The notes beneath the pieces are model-generated. The model was given only the letters and a program-made list of their open reading frames with translations. It made no database searches and was not told the origin of the DNA. Below are positions 36,747 through 46,299 of a DNA stretch of 64,000 bases, piece by piece; positions within the stretch are counted from its first letter, which is position 1, and the number at the start of each line of letters is the position of its first letter. The translations under genes and the position numbers were made by a program. The DNA comes from a virus (lineage: Duplodnaviria; Caudoviricetes): IMG/VR virus record IMGVR_UViG_3300005739_000025; one strand, 5' to 3'.

Positions 36747-37173
36747 AGAATTGATAGAAGAGCTACAAAAACATTCTCCAGATAAGATGGTATTGGTTTC
36801 TGGTTATGAAGAAGGGTATGATGTTCTTAAAAACGTTTATGAGATTAAGGTAAAGCATGATCCTTCTGCAAAAGATAAACATTGGAAGGGTGAATATACC
36901 GATTACCCTCTTGACGAATGCTTAATAAACGCTATACTATTACCTAGATAATATGGCTGGTATATCAGAAAAAGAATATAACGAACAGGTTGACGAGTCA
37001 CTAGTTCTATTTGGTGGAGGCGCCCCGTGCGCTAATATTGATCCTAGAATGTGGGATGACTTTAAGCAACTATATAAACAATACAACGATTCTGTTCCCA
37101 GGGTAGTCGATTGGTCTTACGATCAAGTCTTTGAGTGGGTAGAAGCATATAACGAAAGTAATGAGGGAAATTA

Positions 37174-37725
37174 ATGAGCCCAGAATTAGAGAATAAACTT
37201 ATAGAAAAGTATCCAATACTTTTTAAAGGTGTCAACGAGCCTGTAACTAGATCATGCATGGCTTTTGGTTGTGAGTTTGATGATGGATGGTATAAGCTTT
37301 TAGATGAGCTTTGCGAATATCTTACTAAGCTCTCAAAAAGAGAAGACCTTCTCAAGCTTAATAAGAAATATCACACTGAAGAAAATCACGGTTTTATGTA
37401 TCTTAAGCGACCTACAATCACCTTCACACAAGTTAAAGAGAAGTTTGGGTTAATGAGAATTTACTGGACGGGTAATGGTGTTGAGAATTGGGAAGAGGTT
37501 TGTGCCAAAGTTCATCAAGATGATAGAGAGAAAGCGGTGAACAAATATTATGATGAGGTACAGAACGCTATTGACTATGTTGAGTTTCTTTCTTCTAAAG
37601 TCTGTGAGGTATGCGGTGAGCCTGGAAAGCTCTACACTAACGGTTGGTATATGACAAAATGTAAAAAGCATATTATCGAGCGTTATGGCTTTGATCCAGA
37701 TGAAGGCGAGCAAAAAGAGTTTTAA
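37174..37725 (+). CDS. Hypothetical phage protein
   Basis: GWY..L, QVKEKFGLMRIY, CEVCG.PG. Confidence 0.6.
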   Translation: MSPELENKLIEKYPILFKGVNEPVTRSCMAFGCEFDDGWYKLLDELCEYLTKLSKREDLLKLNKKYHTEENHGFMYLKRPTITFTQVKEKFGLMRIYWTGNGVENWEEVCAKVHQDDREKAVNKYYDEVQNAIDYVEFLSSKVCEVCGEPGKLYTNGWYMTKCKKHIIERYGFDPDEGEQKEF

Positions 37726-37726
37726 T

Positions 37727-38731
37727 ATGAAGAGATCTCTTAACTATAAAGATATACATTTAATTCCAAATTACTCGAGACTTAAATCAAGATCTCAAGC
37801 TGACACTTTTGTCGATTGGGGTAAGTTTACGTTTAAGCTTCCTATCGTCCCAGCCAACATGGCGTCTTGTATTAGCTATGAGAAAGCAACATGGCTAGCT
37901 CAAAACGGATACTTCTACATCATGCATAGGTTTTATGATTATGATGAGATTTTAAACTGGATGCGAAGGATGAATAAATGTAATGATCTTCTACCGTTTA
38001 TCTCAATTTCCGTTGGTATTAAAGAACGTGATGTTAAATTGTTAGAGACAATTGTAGATGAAAAATTACGTTTAGATTTTGTTACTGTAGACGTAGCTCA
38101 TGGAGACCATGAAGAGGTTATTGATATGCTCAAATATCTTAGAGAGCTTAAGAGATTACTTTATCCTGAACTTTTTATTATAGGTGGTAATATCGCTACC
38201 TCTGATGCTTATCTTAGGATGATACCTTATTGTGATGCAGTTAAAGTTGGTATTGCTTGTGGCGCTAGCTGTATAACTTATAATAAGACGGGCTTTTCTT
38301 CTCCTATGTTCTCAACCGTACAAGCAATCGCTAATGAAAGAAGAGAGCTTGGTATAAGTGATTATGATATTTTACCTAAACCTCTACCCTTTATCATAGC
38401 TGATGGGGGTATTAGCTGTAATGGTGATATAGCCAAAGCTCTTGTTGCGGGTGCTGATATGGTTATGGCAGGATCTATGTTCGCTAGATGTATTAATTCA
38501 CCTGCTATAGTTGATCCCACAGATCCAACTAAGAAGCTTTATTTTGGATCAGCATCATCAATGAATGGTAATAAAAAGAATATTGAAGGAAGAACTATAT
38601 CAATGCCTATGAATGGTATGACGTATGAGCAAAAGATGAATGAGATTAAACAAGATTTAACATCAGCTATATCTTATGCAGGTGGAAATGATCTTGACGC
38701 CTTTAAAGATGTGGAATTTAATTTAATTTAA
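37727..38731 (+). CDS. guaC: GMP reductase (IMPDH/GMPR family)
   Basis: Start reassigned to 37727; PIVPANM, VDVAHG, GGNIAT, KVGIACGASCIT, IADGGI, YFGSAS. Confidence 0.85.
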   Translation: MKRSLNYKDIHLIPNYSRLKSRSQADTFVDWGKFTFKLPIVPANMASCISYEKATWLAQNGYFYIMHRFYDYDEILNWMRRMNKCNDLLPFISISVGIKERDVKLLETIVDEKLRLDFVTVDVAHGDHEEVIDMLKYLRELKRLLYPELFIIGGNIATSDAYLRMIPYCDAVKVGIACGASCITYNKTGFSSPMFSTVQAIANERRELGISDYDILPKPLPFIIADGGISCNGDIAKALVAGADMVMAGSMFARCINSPAIVDPTDPTKKLYFGSASSMNGNKKNIEGRTISMPMNGMTYEQKMNEIKQDLTSAISYAGGNDLDAFKDVEFNLI

Positions 38732-39859
38732 TTTGCTTTCTAGATCTTTAATTTTTAAAGATAATTCTTTAATTGATTCTATTATTAAAGGTATAATTTT
38801 TTCATATCTTACCCCGTAGTATCCATTATCTTTTAGAGTCACTGCTTCAGGTAAAACTTCTAAAATTTCTTGAGCTAAAACACCTACATCTTTACTAGGT
38901 AAATCTTTTATATTTTCTATTTTTTTATAAGTTTCATTCCAATTAAAAGTTACTCCTGAAATTTTATCTACTTTTTCTAAAGGATCTGCTATTTTAACAA
39001 TATTATCTTTTAATCTTTTATCTGATGTATTAAAAGCGGTAATATCTCCAGTTGCAGTAATATTTCCCGTTACTGCTAAACCACCATTAGAAATTGTTAA
39101 ACCACCAGCTGTTACTGTTAAACCACCAGCTGTTACTGTTAAACCACCAGCTGTTACTGTTAAACCACCAGATCCTACTGTAATATTAGAAGATGTAGAG
39201 ATGGACCCGTTTATAGAAATACCTGTATTGCCTGTATTGTTTGAAATTCTATCTATTGATAAAGCAGTTCGAATACCGGCAATTGATGTTTGACCTGTCC
39301 CCCCTCTCCCAACTGGCAAGGTACCATCCGTTAATTTATCCGTGCTTAAATTAGCAATATAAGCAGCGGCTACAGCACCAGCTGTTATTTTTCCTCCATC
39401 TATTCCCGTTGCTAGTTTTGCATTTGTAACAGTACCATCTGTTAGTTTAGCTCCATCTATTCCCGTTGCTAGTTTTGCATTTGTAACAGTACCATCTGTT
39501 AGTTTAGCTCCATCTATTCCAGAAGCAATTTTTTCATTAGTAATATTGCCATTTGTTATATTTCTTGATACCACACCATTATTAGCTATGTCTTGTTCAG
39601 TAATTGAAAATCTAGCTATTTGTCCTCCCGCAAAATTAGATCCAGATAAAGTAGCAGTTTGAATTTTATTAGCCGGCAAGGGTCTGATGGCTGCTGCTGG
39701 AATAGAGCCTGTACCAGCTTGACTTAGTAACCCCCCAAAGTTAGGATCTCTAACAAAATCGTAAACTGTTTGAGCTAAAACAACAAAATTAGTAAGTCCT
39801 GTACCTGTAATTAAATTCTGAGGATTGTTTAATGCATTTATTGAAATTTGTGTAGCCAT
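38723..39859 (-). CDS. Tail fibre with C-terminal peptidase S74 intramolecular chaperone
   Basis: SDKRLKDNI...GVTFNW...GVLAQEI..V.PEAV...GVRYEKI. Confidence 0.9.
   Translation of the reverse strand: MATQISINALNNPQNLITGTGLTNFVVLAQTVYDFVRDPNFGGLLSQAGTGSIPAAAIRPLPANKIQTATLSGSNFAGGQIARFSITEQDIANNGVVSRNITNGNITNEKIASGIDGAKLTDGTVTNAKLATGIDGAKLTDGTVTNAKLATGIDGGKITAGAVAAAYIANLSTDKLTDGTLPVGRGGTGQTSIAGIRTALSIDRISNNTGNTGISINGSISTSSNITVGSGGLTVTAGGLTVTAGGLTVTAGGLTISNGGLAVTGNITATGDITAFNTSDKRLKDNIVKIADPLEKVDKISGVTFNWNETYKKIENIKDLPSKDVGVLAQEILEVLPEAVTLKDNGYYGVRYEKIIPLIIESIKELSLKIKDLESKLN
39096..39171. repeat. 21-bp tandem repeat x3.6 (GGLTVTA)
   Basis: GTTAAACCACCAGCTGTTACT exact copies. Confidence 0.9.
39394..39520. 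repeat. 57-bp tandem repeat x2.2 (19 aa, GIDGAKLTDGTVTNAKLAT)
   Basis: Exact copies at 39394-39450 and 39451-39507. Confidence 0.9.
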
Positions 39860-40226
39860 TTATAATATTTAGTAAAAGTTTATTTTTTGTGTAATTAACA
39901 TAATTATTTATATGGACAACGAAATATCCTTTATAAAGCTTATAAATGCATTAAGTAGATGCAAGGACACAGTTCAATTATATATTAAAAAATCTGAACA
40001 CTTAGGAAATATTAATGGAAGAGATTCTAATTATTTTTTATCTATTCAACAAAAATTAGATGATATTATAAAGGAGTTGAATGGGTAAAGGATCAAAGTG
40101 GAGAAAAACAGATTTTAAGAAGTTTTTTAGCAACTTCGATGGAATCAAACCTGCAAACAAAAAACTTCATAAAGAAGAGGTTAAGAAAGCTGGAAAGACA
40201 ATTTATAAGTATTAATAAATACTTTA

Positions 40227-40877
40227 ATGGTTTTTAACTATAAAAAGCTTTTTGAACAGCTATTAAAAGAAATTGATGTAAAAAATATAGGATTTTTTCC
40301 AGGCAAATTTAAACCACCCCATAAAGGTCATTTTAAAACAGCCTCTGTTGCAGCAAAACAAAACGATGTTGTTGTTGTTTTAATATCTGATAAAGAACAT
40401 GAAGGTTATACCGCGGAGAAATCTTTTAATATATGGTCAATATACAAAAAATATATACCAAACATTTTTCCCTATATAGTATCACCAACCCCCGTGCTAG
40501 CGTGTTATGATTTAGCCAATATCTTAAACAATGGAGAATATAAAGCTTCTCCTAAATCACCAACTATTAAATCAAACGCAAATGAAATAGTAGATAACGT
40601 TCAAGAGATTAAATCATACATTAATGTTGGAAATAATATAAATCTTAATCTTTATTCATCTCCAGAAGATCAAAGCAGATTTAAAAATATCTTAAAGGCT
40701 CCATATATGGGCAGAAGTATTATGAAAATAGAATTTAAACCTGTAGATAGACTAACAAGTGCTACCGCGTTCAGAACAGCGCTAAAAACTAAAAAAGGAA
40801 TTAATAATTTCCTTCCAAGTAACATATCTAACGACGATAAATTAAAAATTATAAATATATTAAATGATTCCGTTTAA
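40227..40877 (+). CDS. Cytidyltransferase-like (HIGH-motif) nucleotidyltransferase
   Basis: FPGKFKPPHKGH, TSATAFR. Confidence 0.75.
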   Translation: MVFNYKKLFEQLLKEIDVKNIGFFPGKFKPPHKGHFKTASVAAKQNDVVVVLISDKEHEGYTAEKSFNIWSIYKKYIPNIFPYIVSPTPVLACYDLANILNNGEYKASPKSPTIKSNANEIVDNVQEIKSYINVGNNINLNLYSSPEDQSRFKNILKAPYMGRSIMKIEFKPVDRLTSATAFRTALKTKKGINNFLPSNISNDDKLKIINILNDSV

Positions 40878-42198
40878 AAAATTTCTACATTTAGATAATT
40901 GTATTTTATTAGAATCAAATACAACTTCAAAGCAAATGGAAACTCATTTGACTCATTTAGAAGATTTAGCAATTGAAAGAGGCAAACAGGGGTTTAATGA
41001 TTTTGTTTCAACTGTATCTCAATTTATAAAAAAAATTGAAGGACAGGAGTCTGATATAGATATTAATGCAAAAATAGATGGTTCACCGGCTTTATTATTT
41101 GGAAGAGATCCTAGAAAAGAATTTGAAGGTCAATTCTTTATAGCGTTGAAGTATGCTGTGGACGCTACAAAAGGTATAATAAAAGAAGGAGCTAAGTTAT
41201 TACACTCAGATAGAGAGATTCAACAATTTTATGGGGATAGACCAGATTTTGCTAAGCGATTATCAAACTTACTAAGAGAGTTAAATAGAGCTTATGACAA
41301 CTCTGGACTAATCTATCAATGTGATGTATTGTATGCAGCTGCTACAGACAAACAAGTTCAGGAAATAGATGGTGAGGATTATATAATCTTTAAGCCTAAT
41401 GTAATCGTATATGCTATTCCAGTAGATGAGAAGAGCGAGTTGTTTAACCAAGTTAACAATAGTGAGATAGGGGTTGTGGTTCACGATTCCTTTGAAGGTA
41501 TTCCTAAAGACAGTTATATTAAATTAAAACAAAAGACTAGAAGAATTACCAAATTAGTAAATTTTGCAAAAAACGCTAACGTGTTTATTATGGGAGCTAA
41601 TTTTTCTCAAGTTGATGTAAATGTTAATAACAAATTTACATTTCAAATTAATAGTTTACTAGGAGAGTGTGCACAATTAGTAGCCCAAATACCAGACGAA
41701 TTTAACAATACATATGTTAATAGTCAGATAATGGAATATCTAAAAATCTACATTAACAAACAAGTTGATATGCCAACAGGAGGTATTTTTGGTAAAGACT
41801 TTAAAGATAAAGACGTAAACAGATTTATAAAAGGTTTTATAGTATTTTTAGAAAATAGATTTAAAGTTATAATTGGAAAAAAGAAAACAGAAAGAGGTAG
41901 AATGGGTCAAACAGAAAAATTAAATTCGTTGATCGATTATATCAATAGCAATATTGAAAGTATGTTTTATCTATTAAAGTTGTTTTCCTTAATGATTAAG
42001 ATTAAAAAGCTCATTATGTCTCTAATAGAGCAATTAACTTATGCTCTTAAAAGATCATTCTTTCAAGCTCCAGATGGAACTTTTGTAGCAACTAAAGGCG
42101 AAGGTCACGTTCTCTTTAACGGTGATACCCATGTTAAGATAGTTGACAGATTAGAATTTACAAAAGTAAATAGAGCTGCCGGTGGAAAAAGAGGTTGA
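40864..42198 (+). CDS. DUF6267-like protein with ligase-type KxDG motif
   Basis: THLTHLED, KIDGSPALLFG, FKPNVIVY, EGHV, KIVDRLEF. Confidence 0.7.
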   Translation: MIPFKKFLHLDNCILLESNTTSKQMETHLTHLEDLAIERGKQGFNDFVSTVSQFIKKIEGQESDIDINAKIDGSPALLFGRDPRKEFEGQFFIALKYAVDATKGIIKEGAKLLHSDREIQQFYGDRPDFAKRLSNLLRELNRAYDNSGLIYQCDVLYAAATDKQVQEIDGEDYIIFKPNVIVYAIPVDEKSELFNQVNNSEIGVVVHDSFEGIPKDSYIKLKQKTRRITKLVNFAKNANVFIMGANFSQVDVNVNNKFTFQINSLLGECAQLVAQIPDEFNNTYVNSQIMEYLKIYINKQVDMPTGGIFGKDFKDKDVNRFIKGFIVFLENRFKVIIGKKKTERGRMGQTEKLNSLIDYINSNIESMFYLLKLFSLMIKIKKLIMSLIEQLTYALKRSFFQAPDGTFVATKGEGHVLFNGDTHVKIVDRLEFTKVNRAAGGKRG

Positions 42199-42414
42199 TT
42201 TACACAAATATTCCTATATTATTTTAACAATGGGACACGGAATATTTCCAAATTACGGAAAGCAATGGATTAAGTCTGGAGAATTTAATAGACTTTCTCA
42301 TGCTGAAAAAAGCGCAGTATTTTTTCCTAGACATAAAAAGAAAGTAACCAGAAACATTAAATCGGAAGAAGAAGATGATTCATTTGCTAAGCGTAATAAT
42401 AAGAAAAAATAATT

Positions 42415-42603
42415 ATGTATATTGTTAAAGTAGGAAAAGAAGAAGGGGCTCTTGAAAAAGCTCTTAAAAGGTTGAAATCTAAGATAATAGAAGATGGTCT
42501 TATGGAAGAATTATATAGACTTAGAGCTTTTGAGACCCCCAAGGAAAAGAAAAAGCGAAAACTTAGAATTAGATCTAAAGTATTTACTCGAAATAAATCT
42601 TGA
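42415..42603 (+). CDS. rpsU: Ribosomal protein bS21
   Basis: LEKALKRLKSK...GLMEEL...AFETPKEKKKRK. Confidence 0.85.
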   Translation: MYIVKVGKEEGALEKALKRLKSKIIEDGLMEELYRLRAFETPKEKKKRKLRIRSKVFTRNKS

Positions 42604-42634
42604 CTAAATTTGTAATTCCTCGATAATAGGTACA

Positions 42635-43471
42635 ATGAAAATTGACCTAGAAAAAACAAGCTTCATTAATGTAGAGGAAGTTGAAATTCCTTCCTCTTTT
42701 TACAATCGATTTAAGACTGAAAACAATCTTATCGATACTTTGTTCGGAGGCGGTGGCTTCCTCCCCGGTACTTCTTTCGCTCTAGCCGGGGGCCCCGGTT
42801 CTGGTAAATCTACTTTTCTTCTCCAGATTGGTGGTATTCTAGCTTCTCAAGGCAAGAACGTAGCTTATATTTCTGGCGAAGAGAGTGTTGTTCAAATCTC
42901 GTTTAACTGTAAGCGAATGAACATTAAGGGGGTCAAGGTGTCTAATATGACAGATGTTGACGAAATTTGTCAACAACTTGAAAAGAATAAATTTGACTTT
43001 GTTGTTATTGACTCTTTCCCGACTATCACTGCTAAGAGGGCTAAGTCGTTCAAGAAGCGCGAAGAGTATGTTATTAGTCGCTTGTGCAGTACTGCTAAGA
43101 AGACAGATACAGTCATTGGTTTTATTCAGCACGTTACTAAACAAGGCAATTATAAAGGGTCAACTCTTCTTCCTCACTCTGTTGATATGACCATTAAACT
43201 TACAAAGAACGAGGACGATCCTCAGAATCTTAACCTTCGTGACTTTATGGTCACTAAGAATCGTTTTGGGTCTAATGCGTTTATATCGCTCAATCTCACT
43301 CAACATGGATTTGATCTTGACAAAGACGTTAAAGCTAATGACCCTCTTGAAGGTGTGAGAGCTATTACTATGCAGCAAGCGGTTAGTATGTTCGGAACAT
43401 ACTACAAAGCCCATAAGATTCTTCAGCAGAAGGGTTTTGTTAAGAAGAGTAAGAAGTTTGTTAGAAACTAA
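42635..43471 (+). CDS. RadA/Sms-like RecA-family ATPase (no Zn finger or Lon-like domain)
   Basis: GGPGSGKST, YISGEES, VVIDS, HVTKQG.YKGST.LPHSVD, KNRFG. Confidence 0.8.
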   Translation: MKIDLEKTSFINVEEVEIPSSFYNRFKTENNLIDTLFGGGGFLPGTSFALAGGPGSGKSTFLLQIGGILASQGKNVAYISGEESVVQISFNCKRMNIKGVKVSNMTDVDEICQQLEKNKFDFVVIDSFPTITAKRAKSFKKREEYVISRLCSTAKKTDTVIGFIQHVTKQGNYKGSTLLPHSVDMTIKLTKNEDDPQNLNLRDFMVTKNRFGSNAFISLNLTQHGFDLDKDVKANDPLEGVRAITMQQAVSMFGTYYKAHKILQQKGFVKKSKKFVRN

Positions 43472-43883
43472 ATCTTAATGGCTTTTTACCAGCAGTAGGA
43501 GCTACAGGTTTTGAAGTAGGAGCAGGAGTAGATGTCGGTTGATTATAACCTGTTGCTGAAGGCGAACCAGGCTCACTTACTGATCCAGCTTGAAGGTTTA
43601 CTAAGTCAGGATTACTTTGAGCAGCTGCTGGAATACCCTTAATTTGTTTATAGATAGATAAAACATTACCATTTTGAAGTAATTGTTGCATAGCTTTTTT
43701 AACATCAGCACTTAAATTTGAACCTTGTACTAATGCTAATACTTGAGCAATATCTTTTCCTTCAACTTCTTGTTTAATTTGTCCTACAATATTTTGAACA
43801 TCGTCTTGTTGAACATTCTGCAAATTACTTTGCTCCTTAAGTGCTTTGTAGCTTTCAAAAATAAATTTACTGTCTCTATGCAT
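43461..43883 (-). CDS. Hypothetical late protein
   Basis: TATAAATA upstream; N-terminus MHRDSKFIFESYKALKE resembles a cleavable propeptide. Confidence 0.6.
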   Translation of the reverse strand: MHRDSKFIFESYKALKEQSNLQNVQQDDVQNIVGQIKQEVEGKDIAQVLALVQGSNLSADVKKAMQQLLQNGNVLSIYKQIKGIPAAAQSNPDLVNLQAGSVSEPGSPSATGYNQPTSTPAPTSKPVAPTAGKKPLRFSF

Positions 43884-43941
43884 AATTATATTTATAAAAA
43901 AAGCTTTATCTTTTACAGGGTTCTAGTATAATATATCGTAT

Positions 43942-44027
43942 GCCCGAGTGGTGGAATGGCAGACACAACGGACTTAAAATCCGTTGGCTTCACGGCCGTG
44001 TGGGTTCGAGTCCCACCTCGGGTACCA
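43942..44027 (+). tRNA. trnL: tRNA-Leu(TAA)
   Basis: Type II cloverleaf, loop CTTAAAA, ACCA end; own GTTCT-N2-TATAAT promoter. Confidence 0.95.
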
Positions 44028-44048
44028 TTTTAGACTAAATAAAATAGT

Positions 44049-44102
44049 ATGACACTTTACATACAAAATAAACAATATAGAATAGAACAGCTCCTGGGCT
44101 GA
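44049..44102 (+). CDS. Leader peptide 2, MTLYIQNKQYRIEQLLG
   Basis: 17 codons; an 11-codon run matches the array-2 anticodons. Confidence 0.7.
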   Translation: MTLYIQNKQYRIEQLLG

Positions 44103-44123
44103 GTTCTAACGTTGTTTACTTGG

Positions 44124-44156
44124 AACCCCGGCCTGTATAACAAGCCGGGGTTTTTT
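44124..44156 (+). terminator. Intrinsic terminator
   Basis: AACCCCGGC...GCCGGGGTT followed by a T-tract. Confidence 0.9.
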
Positions 44157-44172
44157 ATTGATCTTTGACAAT

Positions 44173-44340
44173 TTATAATATGAAAGAGAGGAGGTATTTA
44201 ATAGCCCAAGAAAACTTTCTTTTACTAAATCTCTTTTTACGAGGTTTACTTAAAGACTGTTCTCTGCTATTAATATAGCCAATCCCCCCATACATGCTAT
44301 AAACCAGACCAAGACCATTTGTGTAGTGGTGTGTGTTCAT
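44173..44340 (-). CDS. 55-aa basic protein, antisense to the array-2 leader region
   Basis: MNTHHYTNGLG...PRKKRFSKRKF; AATAAATA upstream on the minus strand. Confidence 0.45.
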   Translation of the reverse strand: MNTHHYTNGLGLVYSMYGGIGYINSREQSLSKPRKKRFSKRKFSWAIKYLLSFIL

Positions 44341-44428
44341 AACATGTATATTTATTGAAAAGATAAAGTAAATAAAGTTGAAACAAGTTTAAGATTTCTT
44401 AATACTTGTAGACATCAGTATTAAATTA

Positions 44429-44512
44429 GGGAGTCCGGTAAAGTTGGAGAGTTACTGTGGACTGTAAATCCACCGCCACTTGGCTAAATAGGTTCGAATC
44501 CTTTGGCTCCCA
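44429..44512 (+). tRNA. trnY: tRNA-Tyr(GTA)
   Basis: GTGGA-CTGTAAA-TCCAC with long variable arm. Confidence 0.9.
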
Positions 44513-44517
44513 TTTAT

Positions 44518-45519
44518 ATGAAAACTGCTAAAATTATAGGTTGTGGGTTATCTGGCATTACTTCAGCCGTTCTCTTAAAGGAGAAAGATTATAAGGTAAC
44601 TATATTTGAACAGAGAAACCATATTGGAGGCAATTGCTTTGATCAAGAAATAAACGGAGTTAACGTACACAAATACGGGCCTCATATCTTTCATACTAAT
44701 GATGAAGAAGTATTTGCTTTTCTTAGCAGGTTTACAGGTTGGTTTCCATTTAAGAACCAGCCATTAGGTATAACTGATATAGGTCCTATTCCCTTACCAT
44801 ATAGTCGTAAGACAGTTAAAGTTATAGGTAGAGAGTTATCTCAAGAAGAAATTGTAGATTTGATCTTTAAAGGGTATTCAGAAAAACAATGGGGTGTTCC
44901 ATTTGATCAGATACCAAAGTCTATTACAAATAGAATACCTAAAACAAAAGATTGTGACGATCCTACATGGTATGAAGGAGAGAAGTATCAGTGTCTTCCT
45001 TATCCAAGCTATACAAAGATGATGGAAAATATGTTAGAGGGAATAGAGGTTAGACTTGGTTGTTCTGAAAACGATTGGAAAGAATATAATGCTGATCTAA
45101 CAGTCTATACAGGAAAAATAGATCAATACTTTAACTTCTGTTTTGGTAAACTTCCATATAGATCATTGGATTTTGATTTTAAAATCAATTCTAATAGATT
45201 AGATAACTCTATTTTAAATTACAATCAAAAAGAAAAACCTTATACCAGGGTAGTAGATTATGGTTATTTTACATACAATTACGATAAACCTGAAACAGTA
45301 GTTGTTGCAGAATACCCAAAAGAATGCGGTGATAGTAATATTCCTTACTATCCAATCCCTTTTGGTAATGGAATAGAAATATATAACAAATACAAAGAGC
45401 TTGCAGATAAAGAAGAAAATACTATATTTGTAGGAAGATTAGCTACCTATACATATCTGGATATGTGGATGGCAGTTAGGCAAGCAATGTTGAAAATTAA
45501 AAATTACCTCGTGGTGTAA
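44518..45519 (+). CDS. glf: UDP-galactopyranose mutase; stop codon inside tRNA-Gln
   Basis: Start reassigned to 44518; GCGLSG, E.RNHIGGN, HKYGPHIFHT, PYYP, FVGRLATY.Y.DM. Confidence 0.92.
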   Translation: MKTAKIIGCGLSGITSAVLLKEKDYKVTIFEQRNHIGGNCFDQEINGVNVHKYGPHIFHTNDEEVFAFLSRFTGWFPFKNQPLGITDIGPIPLPYSRKTVKVIGRELSQEEIVDLIFKGYSEKQWGVPFDQIPKSITNRIPKTKDCDDPTWYEGEKYQCLPYPSYTKMMENMLEGIEVRLGCSENDWKEYNADLTVYTGKIDQYFNFCFGKLPYRSLDFDFKINSNRLDNSILNYNQKEKPYTRVVDYGYFTYNYDKPETVVVAEYPKECGDSNIPYYPIPFGNGIEIYNKYKELADKEENTIFVGRLATYTYLDMWMAVRQAMLKIKNYLVV

Positions 45520-45578
45520 TGGTAACACAGAAGCCTTTGGAGCTTTTATTCATAGTTCGAGTCTATGCGAGGTAGCCA
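45505..45578 (+). tRNA. trnQ: tRNA-Gln(TTG)
   Basis: TACCTCG/CGAGGTA-G-CCA, loop CTTTGGA. Confidence 0.92.
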
Positions 45579-45882
45579 TAAATAATTTTTGTGGAATATT
45601 TTAAAACTATCTTTAAACTAATAGGCGAAATGTTTGAAGAGCTGTTTGGAAAATGAATAAACAATCATTAATTATGGAGCTTGCTAAGCTTCAATTAGAA
45701 TACCAACAAGCTGTCAACTCTTTTAGTAACAAAGGGGTTTTTATAGACTTAGAGTCCCGCACACAAAAGGCTTATGGTTCGCTGATGAAGCTTGGAATGA
45801 ACCCTAAAGATATTAAAGAAGAAGTAGAAGAAATGATAAGAAATAGCTGGTAAGTTTTAAAGGTTCCTATATACTATAGATA

Positions 45883-46068
45883 ATGAAATTCGAAAACGCA
45901 TTGCTTATTTTTATAGCCATTTATATTATTATAGATTCTATTCTTTCAGTACTAGATTCTAATAAGATTAATAATCTTCAAACACAAATCGATGAGCTTA
46001 AAATTATTGTTGATCAGAAGTTTTTATCTTCGATGGTTTTAGACACATACAATTTAATGCCCCGATAG
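45883..46068 (+). CDS. Small membrane-anchored protein; stop codon inside tRNA-Ile(TAT)
   Basis: N-terminal TM helix; GTTCC-N2-TATACT promoter upstream. Confidence 0.55.
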   Translation: MKFENALLIFIAIYIIIDSILSVLDSNKINNLQTQIDELKIIVDQKFLSSMVLDTYNLMPR

Positions 46069-46151
46069 TTTAATGGCAGAACACAGGTCTTATACACCTG
46101 AAGCTGGGAGACGCTGGCGTAGTGAAGGTTCGAGTCCTTCTCGGGGTACCA
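46059..46151 (+). tRNA. trnI: tRNA-Ile(TAT) with long variable arm
   Basis: GCCCCGA/TCGGGGT-ACCA, CAGGT-CTTATAC-ACCTG, 23-nt extra arm. Confidence 0.82.
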
Positions 46152-46157
46152 AAAATT

Positions 46158-46298
46158 ATGGCACAGAAAACTAAAAATAACATTATAGGAAAAAGTTCTT
46201 TGGGAACTCATTACACTCAAGCAAAGAACGTTCGTCAGTTCTATAATAAGAATACTAGAGCTCAACGTTCTGATGCTGGTAAACGTAGGAAACCTTAA
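46158..46298 (+). CDS. 46-aa basic RSDAG-motif peptide 1
   Basis: MAQKTK...RAQRSDAGKRRKP. Confidence 0.7.
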   Translation: MAQKTKNNIIGKSSLGTHYTQAKNVRQFYNKNTRAQRSDAGKRRKP

Positions 46299-46299
46299 T

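Larger units (their letters stand above)
44034..44172 (+). promoter_or_regulatory. Late-type promoter plus leader-peptide attenuator plus boxA-like motif of tRNA array 2
   Basis: CTAAATA; leader 44049-44102; antiterminator; terminator; GATCTTTGACAA. Confidence 0.75.
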
